Source of the DNA: Octopus bimaculoides
Lineage: Eukaryota
Direction of reading: 5' to 3'
DNA length: 50,505 nucleotides
NCBI RefSeq assembly: GCF_001194135.2
Contig: NC_068986.1
Span: 93,315,453 to 93,365,957 of the forward strand
The translations under genes were made by a program, and so were the position numbers. Of this stretch, positions 22,891-33,813 are shown one piece after another (positions within the stretch are counted from its first letter, which is position 1; the number at the start of each line of letters is the position of its first letter). A model generated the notes under the pieces. It was given only the letters and a program-made list of their open reading frames with translations, did not search any database and was not told the origin of the DNA.

Positions 22891-24072
22891 TATACAGTAC
22901 AGTGCTGTTTCTACTTCGTGGATTTTCACCTATCACAGGGAGGTTTTGGAATGTAACACCCATGACAGACAAGGGATTTCTATACTTGCCTTTTAGAAGA
23001 TGGGAGTTATGGAGTGGAGCTCAGAGAGGGATGAGTAGGAGATGAGTAACAGTGCTTTACGGCAGAATAGTAATGATGAAACAGTTGACAGTAGAAGGAT
23101 GATGTTGGGTAAGTTGCAGGAGTAGTTGAGAAAAAGAGGCAGGCATAGGGAATGAAGATGGTGGGGAAGGATAGTTGTCAGCTCAGTTGAGTGAAGTGGG
23201 ATTAATGAAAATGTGGATGGAGAAAACAGTTTTAATGGATAAAGTGGGTGTAACAAGTAAAATGGTCCCAGGTGGTAAGAAAAGTCAGTGGTATCAAAGA
23301 AGAGCTGCAGCTGGGGAGGCAAAGGGTATCTTAGGAGTGACAGAGTGTCTATTCCTCTTGTCTTCACAGATCACTGCAAAAGCATATCTAGGTTGTTTGT
23401 TATTCAGTAGACTGGGGGTAATGATAACCTTGTTTAGAAACCGGTGAGGATTGATAATAAGATGGGCATCTGCTTATTGAAAATTCTGCTACAACAGAGT
23501 CTAAGCATGCATGGAAAAGTTAATGTTAAAATGATGATGTTCATGATGCTGATGAACATGACCTTTTCTTTAAAGTTGATCAGGTGTGGAGGGAGAATTT
23601 GGCTCCTATTTTTAAAGCTCAAGCAACAACATAATCTAACCTTTCTTTCTCTGCCCCTCTCTCTAGTTTCTTTTTCTAGATCTCCATGACTAGTTGAAGG
23701 AACAGATGAAGTTACCCTCAAACCAGAGACCTAGCATAAATGCTTGCAATAGAATGACCTCTACTAAAGATACCCAAATATCAGGTGGTGGTGTTTAACC
23801 AGACAATGGGCTAAGTCCACCACCTCAGAACTCAGAAAGCAAAGATCCAGAAGAAATACTTCATTTTCTTAACAATTCCATTAATCTGCTATGCTGGACT
23901 GGTCCTTTATTTTACTGACCCCAAGAGGATGATGGTCAAAGTTGACAATCCAAGTCTCCCTCAAATCACACTCTTCTGCTTTATTAAAGGACACATTGGA
24001 TATTTTGGGTTTCAGTTCTTTGATAAATAATAGGATAGCCTTTGACTTGAGAAACCTTTGATCATAGACTAC

Positions 24073-24284
24073 CACTGATGAAACCAATCAATGATGAAAC
24101 ATTCACTGATGAAGCCACACTTCTGTTTCATCTGTCAGTGGTTTCATCATTGAGTGTCTTCATCAGTGAGTGATTTCATCAGTAAATGGATTCATCAGCT
24201 GGTGTTTTCATCAGTAGATGGTTTCATCAGTGTGTGGTTTTGCCCATGGGTGGCTTTGTCAACAGGTGGTTTCAACAAGAGATT
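24073..24284. repeat. 16-bp periodic array: three units on + followed by ten units in inverted orientation
   Basis: Units start at 24125, 24141, 24157, 24173, 24189, 24205, 24221, 24237, 24253 and 24269 (core ttcatcag); 24073-24115 is an inverted copy of 24125-24168. Confidence 0.9.
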
Positions 24285-24731
24285 TTATTGGTGTGGGTTC
24301 ATCTATCAATGGTGTAAAATTTAAAGGCAGACGCAATTCCAACCTGATGCAGGGTCATTTTTTCCATTCCTAACATAGGAGCTATCCTGCCTGCTGGCTC
24401 TTACAAGAGAGTGTATTTTTATTTTCATTAAATATTCTGCACCAGACACCCACCCTACACCACACCGTTGGTTGGTCCTTGATTACTCATTCACTTTACA
24501 TTATGGAGACTTAAATAATTACCAGACTTTTAGTGGTGGTGGGTTGTAATTCAGAAAAGGTGTCAGCTTGGATTTCCATCTTTGGTTATGATCTTGTCCT
24601 TATTTTGGTGGCATATTTTAGGTTATGTAAGAAACTAAACTTCTGGTCCTCATCATTTAAAAAAAAAATGAAGAATTTACTAAGAGGAATTTAGTGAAGC
24701 ATACTTTCCTGTGATTTAGAATTTAAAATAT

Positions 24732-24950
24732 GGTGTACATAGCTTTGTGGTTAGGGTGTTGAACTCATGAAAGTAAGACTGGCTTCAATTCCTGGACCAG
24801 GTAACATGTGTTCTTGAGAAAAAGCACTACATTTTACATAGCTCCAATCCACTGAGCTGGTAAAAACGACAGACCGGTGTCCCGTCTGTGGAGAAATATA
24901 TATGCCAGAGAAACCAGGAAACTGGTCGTATGTTCTTTACAGAGTAATGT
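24732..24950 (+). mobile_element. SINE family D
   Basis: gctttgtggttagggtgtt...caattcctggacc...gttcttgagaaa...ctccaatccactgagctgg...ccagagaaaccaggaaactgg. Confidence 0.65.
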
Positions 24951-25164
24951 GGGCTGGCACATAAGAGGTGTGATATTGAAAATGGTTTTGGTAGCTAGAT
25001 GAAGCTAATTGAGTACCAATTTAAGAAGATCCCCTTAATGGGTTTGGTTGTTTCTAAATTGGTTTTTCAGGTTATAGTGATTAGCTTTAGAGAGTTCTCT
25101 TGAACAAGTAGACCTTTACCGAAGACTGGGATGATGTTAACCTATGAGGGGTAGTTGCTTCACC

Positions 25165-25320
25165 TGTAAGAAATAACAGTTACATCTCCCTCAAATTACA
25201 CCTTACTATATTTTGAAATAAAATATATTGGATAATGTAGTCTGGGGTACATTATGTTTGAACAAAAAGATATGATGGCTTTGACTGGATTCCTTGAACT
25301 GAAAATGTTTTGATGCTGTA
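25165..25320 (+). mobile_element. Unclassified interspersed repeat family E (another copy at about 23945-24065)
   Basis: agaaataacagttacatctccctcaaattacac...attggataatgtagtc; same core as the 46440-49540 copies. Confidence 0.55.
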
Positions 25321-25622
25321 ACCTACTTGCCCAAAATGCCAGTTATTCTGTATGTTTGAGTCACCCGATCAGCATTTAACTTGTATTCCTTGTGGTTATC
25401 TGTCCTTTTTTTTTTTTTTTGAATTAAAAAATGTTTTGTTTATACTTCCTTTTTCAGTTCATGGTCCTCTTAATGTTAAAGAATTCATAGGTTTCATCCT
25501 AGAATATCATTTAACCTAGGTCATATCACAACAATAAGTAATAGACCAGCTGACCAGTTTCATGCTGTTACAAAGTTTCATGTCACAATAATAGCTATTG
25601 TATCTGTATCATGTCACATCAA

Positions 25623-25998
25623 GTGGAGGCGCAATGGCCCAGTGGTTAGGACAGCGGACTCGCGGTCATAAGATCGCGGTTTTGATTCCCAGACTGGGCG
25701 TTGTGAGTGTTTATTGAGCGAAAACACCTAAAGCTCCACGAGGCTCTGGCAGGGGATGGTAGCAAACCCTGCTGTACTCTTCCACCACAACTTTCTCTCT
25801 TACTTCCTGTTTCTGTTGTGCCTGTAATTCAAAGGGTCAGCCTTGTCATACTGTGTCATGATGAATATCCCTGAGAACTATGTTAAGGGTACACGTGTCT
25901 GTGGAGTGCTCAGCCACTTGCACGTTAATTTCATGAGCAAGCTGTTCCGTTGATCGGATCAACTGGAACCCTTGACGTCGTAAGCGACGGAGTGCCAA
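25623..25998 (+). mobile_element. tRNA-derived SINE family B, full length, with 13-bp target-site duplication
   Basis: Head gtggaggcgcaatggcccagtggttagg; TSD catgtcacatcaa at 25610-25622 and 25999-26011. Confidence 0.92.
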
Positions 25999-26719
25999 CA
26001 TGTCACATCAATAACTAACAGACCTGTATCATGTCACAGCACTCTTATCAGTACATGGATTCATTACTGGGTGCTGTCATGTCCCTATAGTGACATACTA
26101 GGGCCATATTATAGTGTTAACAAACATGCCTCTGCTGTGTCCATCTAGTAGATTTTACTCACGTGAAGGCATATGGCCTAGTGGTTAAACTGTCACACTC
26201 ACAATCGCTAGATGGTGAATTTGATTCTCAGACTGGGCAGCATGTTGTGTTCTTAAGCAAGACCCTTCATTTCATGTTGCTCCAATCCCCCTCTCGGTCA
26301 TGGGGGAACATTGGCCTGTTCATCTAGGTGGTGTCTCTTGAAGGGTAAAATGATGCAAGGTGACCAGCGCTATGTAACAGCATCTGATAGCCTGGCTGGT
26401 CACATGATATTTCACTCACAAGGCCTTGGTCAACCTGAAGCTGAGGTAGAAGCCACACGTCCAGTGTTGTACTGCTGTGGGATTGAACATGGAACAATGT
26501 GATTGAAAAGTGATTTGCTTAACCCCACTGTCCAGCCAGTATCTAAATGTTTGACCAATGTTATATTTTATTGACCCTCTCCCTTCTGAGGAGTGAACAT
26601 TACTAGGATTTGGACTTAGTGAGTAAAAGTATAACTATTTACAGAAAAGCATTTTAGTCTGTCACTACTATTTCTCCTACACAATGTTCTTTAAGAATAA
26701 TAATAGTTATAATAACAAT

Positions 26720-27345
26720 GGTTTCAAATTTTGGCACAAGGCCAGGAATTTTGAGGGAGGGTGCTAGTCGATTACATCAACCCCAGTGTGCAACTGGTAC
26801 TTAATTTATCGACCCCTGAAAGGATGAAAGGCAAAGTCGACCTCGGCGGAATTTGAACCCAGAACGTGCAGACAGACGAAATTTTAAGCCTTTTGCCTGG
26901 CGTGCTCACGTTTCTGCCAGCTCGCCACCTTTGATAATAATAATCCTTTCTGTTATAGGCACAAGGCCTGATTTTTTGGGGAGGAGAACAGTCGATCACA
27001 TCGACCCCAGTACGCAACTGGTACTTAATTTATCGACCCCGAAAGGGTGAAAGGCAAAATCGACCTCTGCGAAATTTGAACTCAGAGCATAGTGGCGGAC
27101 GAAATACTGCTAAGCATTTCGCCCGGCGTGCTAACCATTCTTTTCTACTCTAAGTACAAGGCCCGAAATTTTGTGGGAGGGAGCCAATCGATTAGATCGA
27201 CCCCAGTACGCAACTGGTATAAATTTTATTGACCCCGAAAGGGAAAGTTGACCTACGCGGAATTTGAACTCAGAACATAAAAACAGACAAAATAGCGCCA
27301 AGCATTTCGCGCGGCGTGCTAACGTTTCTGCTAGCTCGCTGCCTT
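26720..27345 (-). mobile_element. Three head-to-tail SINE family C copies
   Basis: Units at about 26720-26930, 26931-27136 and 27140-27345, each with gtcgatcacatcgaccccag...aactggtacttaatttatcgacccc-like body. Confidence 0.9.
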
Positions 27346-27825
27346 ATATTTAATAATAATAATGATGATGATGATGATCAGAAGAAGAAGATATTTTCTA
27401 ACACTGACACAAGTATGGAGGCTGCAGTCAATTGCCAATTATATAAACTGCAGTACTTGTCTGATGCTTATTTTATCGATCTTTTAACCTTAGCTGAAAT
27501 GTCATCAGGTTCAGCCCTCCACTTTCAATATGAACTCTCACATTGTCGCTCACTTTCAAAATATTTCCCCATCAGCAATAAACTACAGTGGTAAGAAACT
27601 CTCAAAAGAGGTGGACAGTAGAAGGTCTTCAGAGAAGACTCCCCCCTCCCCCCGCCACTCCCCGACTCAAACAGCAGAGTACTAAGTGTATTTGCTTTTC
27701 TAGTAACGACAACGTTACTGTAAGTAGTGGCTGTCCTGAACTACAGCTTACACTTTGCAACAATGTACCCGGTTTTCATGTAAACAACTCCACACTCAGT
27801 AACCAGGCCATTAATATGCCGTCTA

Positions 27826-28493
27826 GTGGAGGCGCAATGGCCCAGTGGTTAGGGCAGCGGACTCGCAGTCATAGGATCGCGGTTTCGATTCCCAGACCGG
27901 GCGTTGTGAGTGTTTATTGAGCGAAAACACTTAAAGCTCCACGAGACTCCGGCAGGGGGATGGTGGCGAACCCTGCTGTACTCTTTCACCACAACTTTCT
28001 NNNNNNNNNNNNNNNNNNNNNNNNNNNNNNNNNNNNNNNNNNNNNNNNNNNNNNNNNNNNNNNNNNNNNNNNNNNNNNNNNNNNNNNNNNNNNNNNNNNN
28101 NNNNNNNNNNNNNNNNNNNNNNNNNNNNNNNNNNNNNNNNNNNNNNNNNNNNNNNNNNNNNNNNNNNNNNNNNNNNNNNNNNNNNNNNNNNNNNNNNNNN
28201 NNNNNNNNNNNNNNNNNNNNNNNNNNNNNNNNNNNNNNNNNNNNNNNNNNNNNNNNNNNNNNNNNNNNNNNNNNNNNNNNNNNNNNNNNNNNNNNNNNNN
28301 NNNNNNNNNNNNNNNNNNNNNNNNNNNNNNNNNNNNNNNNNNNNNNNNNNNNNNNNNNNNNNNNNNNNNNNNNNNNNNNNNNNNNNNNNNNNNNNNNNNN
28401 NNNNNNNNNNNNNGTACACGTGTCTGTGGAGTGCTCAACCACTTGCACGTTAATTTCACGAGCAGGCTGTTCCGTTGATCGGATCAACTGGAA
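27826..28493 (+). mobile_element. SINE family B, spanning the 28001-28413 gap, 3'-clipped
   Basis: Head at 27826; resumes after the gap with gtacacgtgtctgtggagtgctc...ggatcaactggaa. Confidence 0.85.
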
Positions 28494-28721
28494 AGCGTGA
28501 CACAGTGTGACAAGGCTGACCCTTTGAATTACAGGCACAATAGAAACAGGAAGTAAGAGTGAGAGAAAGTTGTGGTAGAAGAGTACAGCAGGGTTCGCCA
28601 CCATCCCCTGCCGGAGCCTCGTGGAGCATTAGGTGTTTTCGCTCAATAAACACTCACAACGCCCGGTCTGGGAATCGAAACCGCGAGTCCGCTGCCCTAA
28701 CCACTGGGCCATTGCGCCTCC
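28494..28721 (-). mobile_element. SINE family B 5' half, inverted and abutting the preceding copy
   Basis: Reverse complement of the family B head through ...gtcacactgtgtcacgct. Confidence 0.9.
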
Positions 28722-29119
28722 CCATTGGAAGCTAAACAGCTAACAATTTGGATGTAGTCATACAGACATCGACTGCAGAATGTACCAATACTGCTCTATC
28801 TTGAAACTGTGCTAGAGTTCTGATCCCCAGCCTTCTCTGGGGTTTGTTTTTGAGATGATGTTATGAGTAACAAACCGTAAAGTGACTTGAAAATATATAC
28901 GCGCACAAACACTCACATACAGATACGTACACCTGCTGGACCAAGGTCCACTGTAGGCACGCTTCTCCGTAGATAATTCAGATATGCAGCATGCACTGTA
29001 TATTATGTAGATCTGCCCAGTTATACAAGTCAATGGGTCTCCTCAGCAGTCGTAGGGGATACACAGTACAGCTGTAGAAAAGGGGATAGACAGTACAGCT
29101 GTAGAAAAGGGTATAACCA

Positions 29120-29783
29120 TAATCAATCTGTTAAAACTTTCCGGACGTTCTGCACTTAAAATCAGATGGTGTTCAGGCCAACGGAAGCAACCCAACATTG
29201 CCAATCTGTATATGTATGTTAATACATGTATACATAGGTGTATGTTTATATGTGTGTTGATATATATATATAATTTTTACTTACTTCAGTAATTGGATTG
29301 CGGGCATGGGCCATGCTGGAGTATCGCCTTGAAGCGTTTAGTTGAACGAACCGATCCCAGTTTTTAAGTCTGGTACATTTTCTATCGGTCTCTTTTGCAA
29401 AATCGCTAAATCACAGGGACATAAGCAAACCAGCACCGGTTGTCAAGCGATGATGGTGGACGAACATATATATATATATGTAAGAACGACCGTGCGAACC
29501 CAAAAAGGAGAAATGGTGACGAATGGAAAAACAGGACTCCTTTTATTTAAACGCGCCACACGGTCGAACACGAAATTTATATCAAAGATGATATATAAAT
29601 ATGTTATACTTCGATAACATAGTGATTTCGTAAATGGACAGTAAAGGAAGACGATAGAACACAACCGATTGAGATGAATAACAGAAATATTTATTGTAGT
29701 GTTAATCAATCTGTTAAAACTTTCCGGACGTTCTGCACATAAAATCAGATGGTGTTCAGGCCAACGGAAGCAACCCAATATTG
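29120..29783. repeat. 81-bp direct repeat pair (29120-29200 and 29703-29783) with an LTR-like segment between them
   Basis: taatcaatctgttaaaactttccggacg...gcaacccaa(c/t)attg, 2 mismatches; minus-strand segment has AATAAA and ends ...gttcttACA at 29479. Confidence 0.7.
29275..29465 (-). mobile_element. SINE family A 3' half
   Basis: ttttacttacttcagtaatt...ccatgctggagtatcgcc...ctatcggtctcttttgc...ccagcaccggttgtcaagcgatg. Confidence 0.7.
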
Positions 29784-30886
29784 TGCGTGAGTGTGAATGC
29801 GACATAATGAAAACATAATAAAGGACAGGCCGTCATGTAAATAGAATAGTGTGTATACAAAAGAGTGTGTGCACAAATGTATGTGAATGCGTGAGATACA
29901 GTAGATAGAAAGAGTCAGTAACACGTGTGAGCATTTGCCAGTTTGTTGAGTACACAATATGAAGAGTCTGTATGTAAGAAGTTGAGGCGTGTGTGTGNNN
30001 NNNNNNNNNNNNNNNNNNNNNNNNNNNNNNNNNNNNNNNNNNNNNNNNNNNNNNNNNNNNNNNNNNNNNNNNNNNNNNNNNNNNNNNNNNNNNNNNNNNN
30101 NNNNNNNNNNNNNNNNNNNNNNNNNNNNNNNNNNNNNNNNNNNNNNNNNNNNNNNNNNNNNNNNNNNNNNNNNNNNNNNNNNNNNNNNNNNNNNNNNNNN
30201 NNNNNNNNNNNNNNNNNNNNNNNNNNNNNNNNNNNNNNNNNNNNNNNNNNNNNNNNNNNNNNNNNNNNNNNNNNNNNNNNNNNNNNNNNNNNNNNNNNNN
30301 NNNNNNNNNNNNNNNNNNNNNNNNNNNNNNNNNNNNNNNNNNNNNNNNNNNNNNNNNNNNNNNNNNNNNNNNNNNNNNNNNNNNNNNNNNNNNNNNNNNN
30401 NNNNNNNNNNNNNNNNNNNNNNNNNNNNNNNNNNNNNNNNNNNNNNNNNNNNNNNNNNNNNNNNNNNNNNNNNNNNNNNNNNNNNNNNNNNNNNNNNNNN
30501 NNNNNNNNNNNNNNNNNNNNNNNNNNNNNNNNNNNNNNNNNNNNNNNNNNNNNNNNNNNNNNNNNNNNNNNNNNNNNNNNNNNNNNNNNNNNNNNNNNNN
30601 NNNNNNNNNNNNNNNNNNNNNNNNNNNNNNNNNNNNNNNNNNNNNNNNNNNNNNNNNNNNNNNNNNNNNNNNNNNNNNNNNNNNNNNNNNNNNNNNNNNN
30701 NNNNNNNNNNNNNNNNNNNNNNNNNNNNNNNNNNNNNNNNNNNNNNNNNNNNNNNNNNNNNNNNNNNNNNNNNNNNNNNNNNNNNNNNNNNNNNNNNNNN
30801 NNNNNNNNNNNNNNNNNNNNNNNNNNNNNNNNNNNNNNNNNNNNNNNNNNNNNNNNNNNNNNNNNNNNNNNNNNNNNNNNNNNNNN

Positions 30887-31133
30887 CTGCCAGCTCGCCA
30901 CCTTACTTTACTACCCACAAGAGGCTGGACACAGAGGGGACAAACAAGGACAGATAAAGGGATTAAGTCGATTATGTCAACTCCAGTGCGTAACTGCTAC
31001 TTATTTTATCGACCTCGAAAAGATGAAAAGCAAAGTCGACCTCGGCGGAATTTGAACTCAAAACGTAGCGGCAGACGAAATACTGATAAACATTTCGCCC
31101 GGCGTGCTAACGATTCTGCCAGCTCGCTGCCTT
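30887..31133 (-). mobile_element. SINE family C (alternative-tail variant), preceded by the head of another copy emerging from the gap
   Basis: cccacaagagg...gggacaaacaaggacagataaagggattaagtcgatt...gtgctaacgattctgccagctcgctgcctt. Confidence 0.88.
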
Positions 31134-31867
31134 AGCCACGCCTATATATCGATTGATTGATTTCGTACTGATCGTTTACATCATCATTACTCAGAGTTTC
31201 ACATTATGTGCGATCCTTCAGATGATAATATGTCGCGCATATTCTGCATAGCAATGAGTGAATCGTCAACTTTGGTTCAAGAATAAATGTGCTCTGCTAC
31301 ATGTTCTGTGTACACATACGCGCGCGCTCACACACATACACACTCATGTATACGTATGTCTGTGTCTGCATGTAAGCAGAAAATAGCTTTCCTTTCAAAC
31401 ATCTATTAACGACTTCGAGTTTAGTCTTTTTTTTTTTATTAAGGACTTTTCATATTTTCTGATAAGCCGTTTACGTTTAGCTGAGAACAATAACATTCCT
31501 AAATCCGTTATTATTCTATTAACGTTTCTAGACTGCTTTGAACTCATCAACAAGATGAAAAAAATGATTATAATAGTATGATGCTTATCCATTTTGCAGT
31601 AGACTACGAAGGATTATGGGAAATGCTGTTATAACTGCTAGAATCGTCAACACCGGATTAATAATTTGTACAACAGTTAAGTCCTGAAAAGATTTCAAGG
31701 ATTATTTCATATATTCTGTTTCCCTGAGTTGATTTTGTGTGTGTGTGTGTGTGTTTTCCTTTAAGTGTAACTTTTATAGGAAAGTGTTTAATTTATTTAT
31801 AAAATTCTGTGTAAAATTATTGTGCTGTCAACTACATTTTTCTAACTAATTTTGTTTCATGCATTAA

Positions 31868-32502
31868 TATCAGGCTGAGTAAAAAACAAACAACGTTTTG
31901 AGACATGAAATTCATTACAATATATTTCAGCAATGCGGGAATTTTATTCATCAAAGTAAGTACCATTATAGTCAACCACATTTTTGCCAACGAGTTAGAA
32001 ATTTGTTTATTCCGATAACATAAAAATCTGGAGTTCTGGAACTGATGAACTCTTTGAACACATTTTCAGCATCGGTTTGATTCTTGAACTCCTCTCGCAG
32101 GAAAACATCTAGGTGCTTGAAAAAGTGGTAGTCGGTAGGGGAAAGGTCTGGGGAATAAGCTGGGTGGGAAAGAACTTCGTAGTCAAGTTCCTTCAACTTC
32201 TGTCGGGAACAATGATTGGCCCTCTTCTGTTGACTAATCTGGAACAGAGGAGTAGCAGTTTTTTGTTCATTTTAGCAATTTCATGGCACTATATTTCTGC
32301 AGTAATGGTTTTCCTGGGTTTTAAGAAGTTATAGTGGATGTGTCCAGCAGTATACCACCAAACAGTCACTGTAATCTTCTCTTTGAAGAGCTCGGGTTTA
32401 GGGAAGGTTTTCGGTGCTTCATTTTGGTCCAACCACTGCGAAGAACGTTTTTTTTTTTATTATTGAACAGAATCCACTGTCGAGAAATGAATCGGTCTGG
32501 TT
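31868..32502 (-). mobile_element. Mariner (DD34D-type) transposon relic: 3' half of the transposase and one TIR
   Basis: Frameshifted QNEAPKTFPKPELFKEKITVTVWWYTAGHIHYNFLKP...LKELDYEVLSHPAYSPDLSPTDYHFFKHLDVFL...GINKFLTRWQKC; TA followed by tcaggctgagtaaaaa TIR-like end at 31868; runs into a gap. Confidence 0.9.
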
Positions 32503-33110
32503 NNNNNNNNNNNNNNNNNNNNNNNNNNNNNNNNNNNNNNNNNNNNNNNNNNNNNNNNNNNNNNNNNNNNNNNNNNNNNNNNNNNNNNNNNNNNNNNNNN
32601 NNNNNNNNNNNNNNNNNNNNNNNNNNNNNNNNNNNNNNNNNNNNNNNNNNNNNNNNNNNNNNNNNNNNNNNNNNNNNNNNNNNNNNNNNNNNNNNNNNNN
32701 NNNNNNNNNNNNNNNNNNNNNNNNNNNNNNNNNNNNNNNNNNNNNNNNNNNNNNNNNNNNNNNNNNNNNNNNNNNNNNNNNNNNNNNNNNNNNNNNNNNN
32801 NNNNNNNNNNNNNNNNNNNNNNNNNNNNNNNNNNNNNNNNNNNNNNNNNNNNNNNNNNNNNNNNNNNNNNNNNNNNNNNNNNNNNNNNNNNNNNNNNNNN
32901 NNNNNNNNNNNNNNNNNNNNNNNNNNNNNNNNNNNNNNNNNNNNNNNNNNNNNNNNNNNNNNNNNNNNNNNNNNNNNNNNNNNNNNNNNNNNNNNNNNNN
33001 NNNNNNNNNNNNNNNNNNNNNNNNNNNNCTCCTTTGGCTGATTAAGCGATGTAAAGCGTATTTAATCTCCATACCTTCGTTTTATTTGCTTTTTTCATTT
33101 TAAATTTGCT

Positions 33111-33168
33111 TTAACCCTAACCCTAACCCTAACCCTAACCCTAGGGTTAGGGTTAGGGTTAGGGTTAA
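33111..33168. repeat. Interstitial telomere-repeat palindrome TT(AACCCT)5(AGGGTT)4AA
   Basis: Counted directly; centre of symmetry between 33142 and 33143; perfect 48-bp palindrome at 33119-33166. Confidence 0.97.
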
Positions 33169-33813
33169 TTGTTTCAGAATCGTTTGTTTATGTAGTCGGC
33201 ACTTAATGTATATCGGCTGAATGGACGTCAGTGATTGGTTGAAATTACAGAAATACGACAACTTTAACATGGAATAACTTATGGATTTCTTTTTTTTTAA
33301 GAAGACTAAGAGAAAAAGATGTTTTATATGACACATTCTACCACTGTTCCAAGTTTTAAAGTGTTTCGTTAATGAAAAATGTGGCCCCCGTTTTAAAAAA
33401 GATCCGCCGTTCATCCTTTCGGGGTCGATAAATTAAGTACTAGTTACTCACTTGGGTCGATCTAATCGACTGGCACTCTCCCCTCAAATTTGTATATATA
33501 TGCCTAGAGTAGAAAAGAATATATGGAAGCTTAACAGGACTAGCTTAGCTAGAGTGTTTGCCGCCCGAGGCGGCCCTTCCATTTGTGGCCCCTGCACCCC
33601 ACATAAAAAAAACATGCTGTCTACAGCTGGCCCAAAAGTGGTGCCCTTTAAAAGTGCCGCCTGGAGCACTTCTTTTTAAGCCTGGTCGCCTGTGCCGAAT
33701 CGCTAAGTTATAGGGACGTAAATACACCATCACCGGTTGTCAAGTAGTGGTGGGTGAGAAACAGAAACACACACATGTTCTAGTCTATATTAGTAAAATA
33801 TTTGATTTTTAAT

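Noticed and set aside
22900-23440. Purine-rich stretch with 90-124-aa ORFs on both strands
   Set aside because: No recognisable domain; probably an old unclassified repeat
24073-24240. Hammerhead ribozymes or C/D-box snoRNA from repeated CTGATGAAAC
   Set aside because: CUGAUGA and GAAA overlap, leaving no stem II; no terminal C/D-box architecture; the periodicity is better explained as an array
25623-25700. tRNA genes at SINE heads (also 22498, 27826, 35811, 40473, 48408)
   Set aside because: A/B-box-like motifs are present, but each continues into a shared non-tRNA body and tail, and no complete cloverleaf is evident
27316-27920. Two consecutive plus-strand ORFs (92 and 110 aa)
   Set aside because: They begin and end inside SINE or microsatellite sequence, with no recognisable homology
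33111-33168. Chromosome end-to-end fusion scar
   Set aside because: Orientation is (CCCTAA)n then (TTAGGG)n, the reverse of a fusion junction, and the arrays are very short
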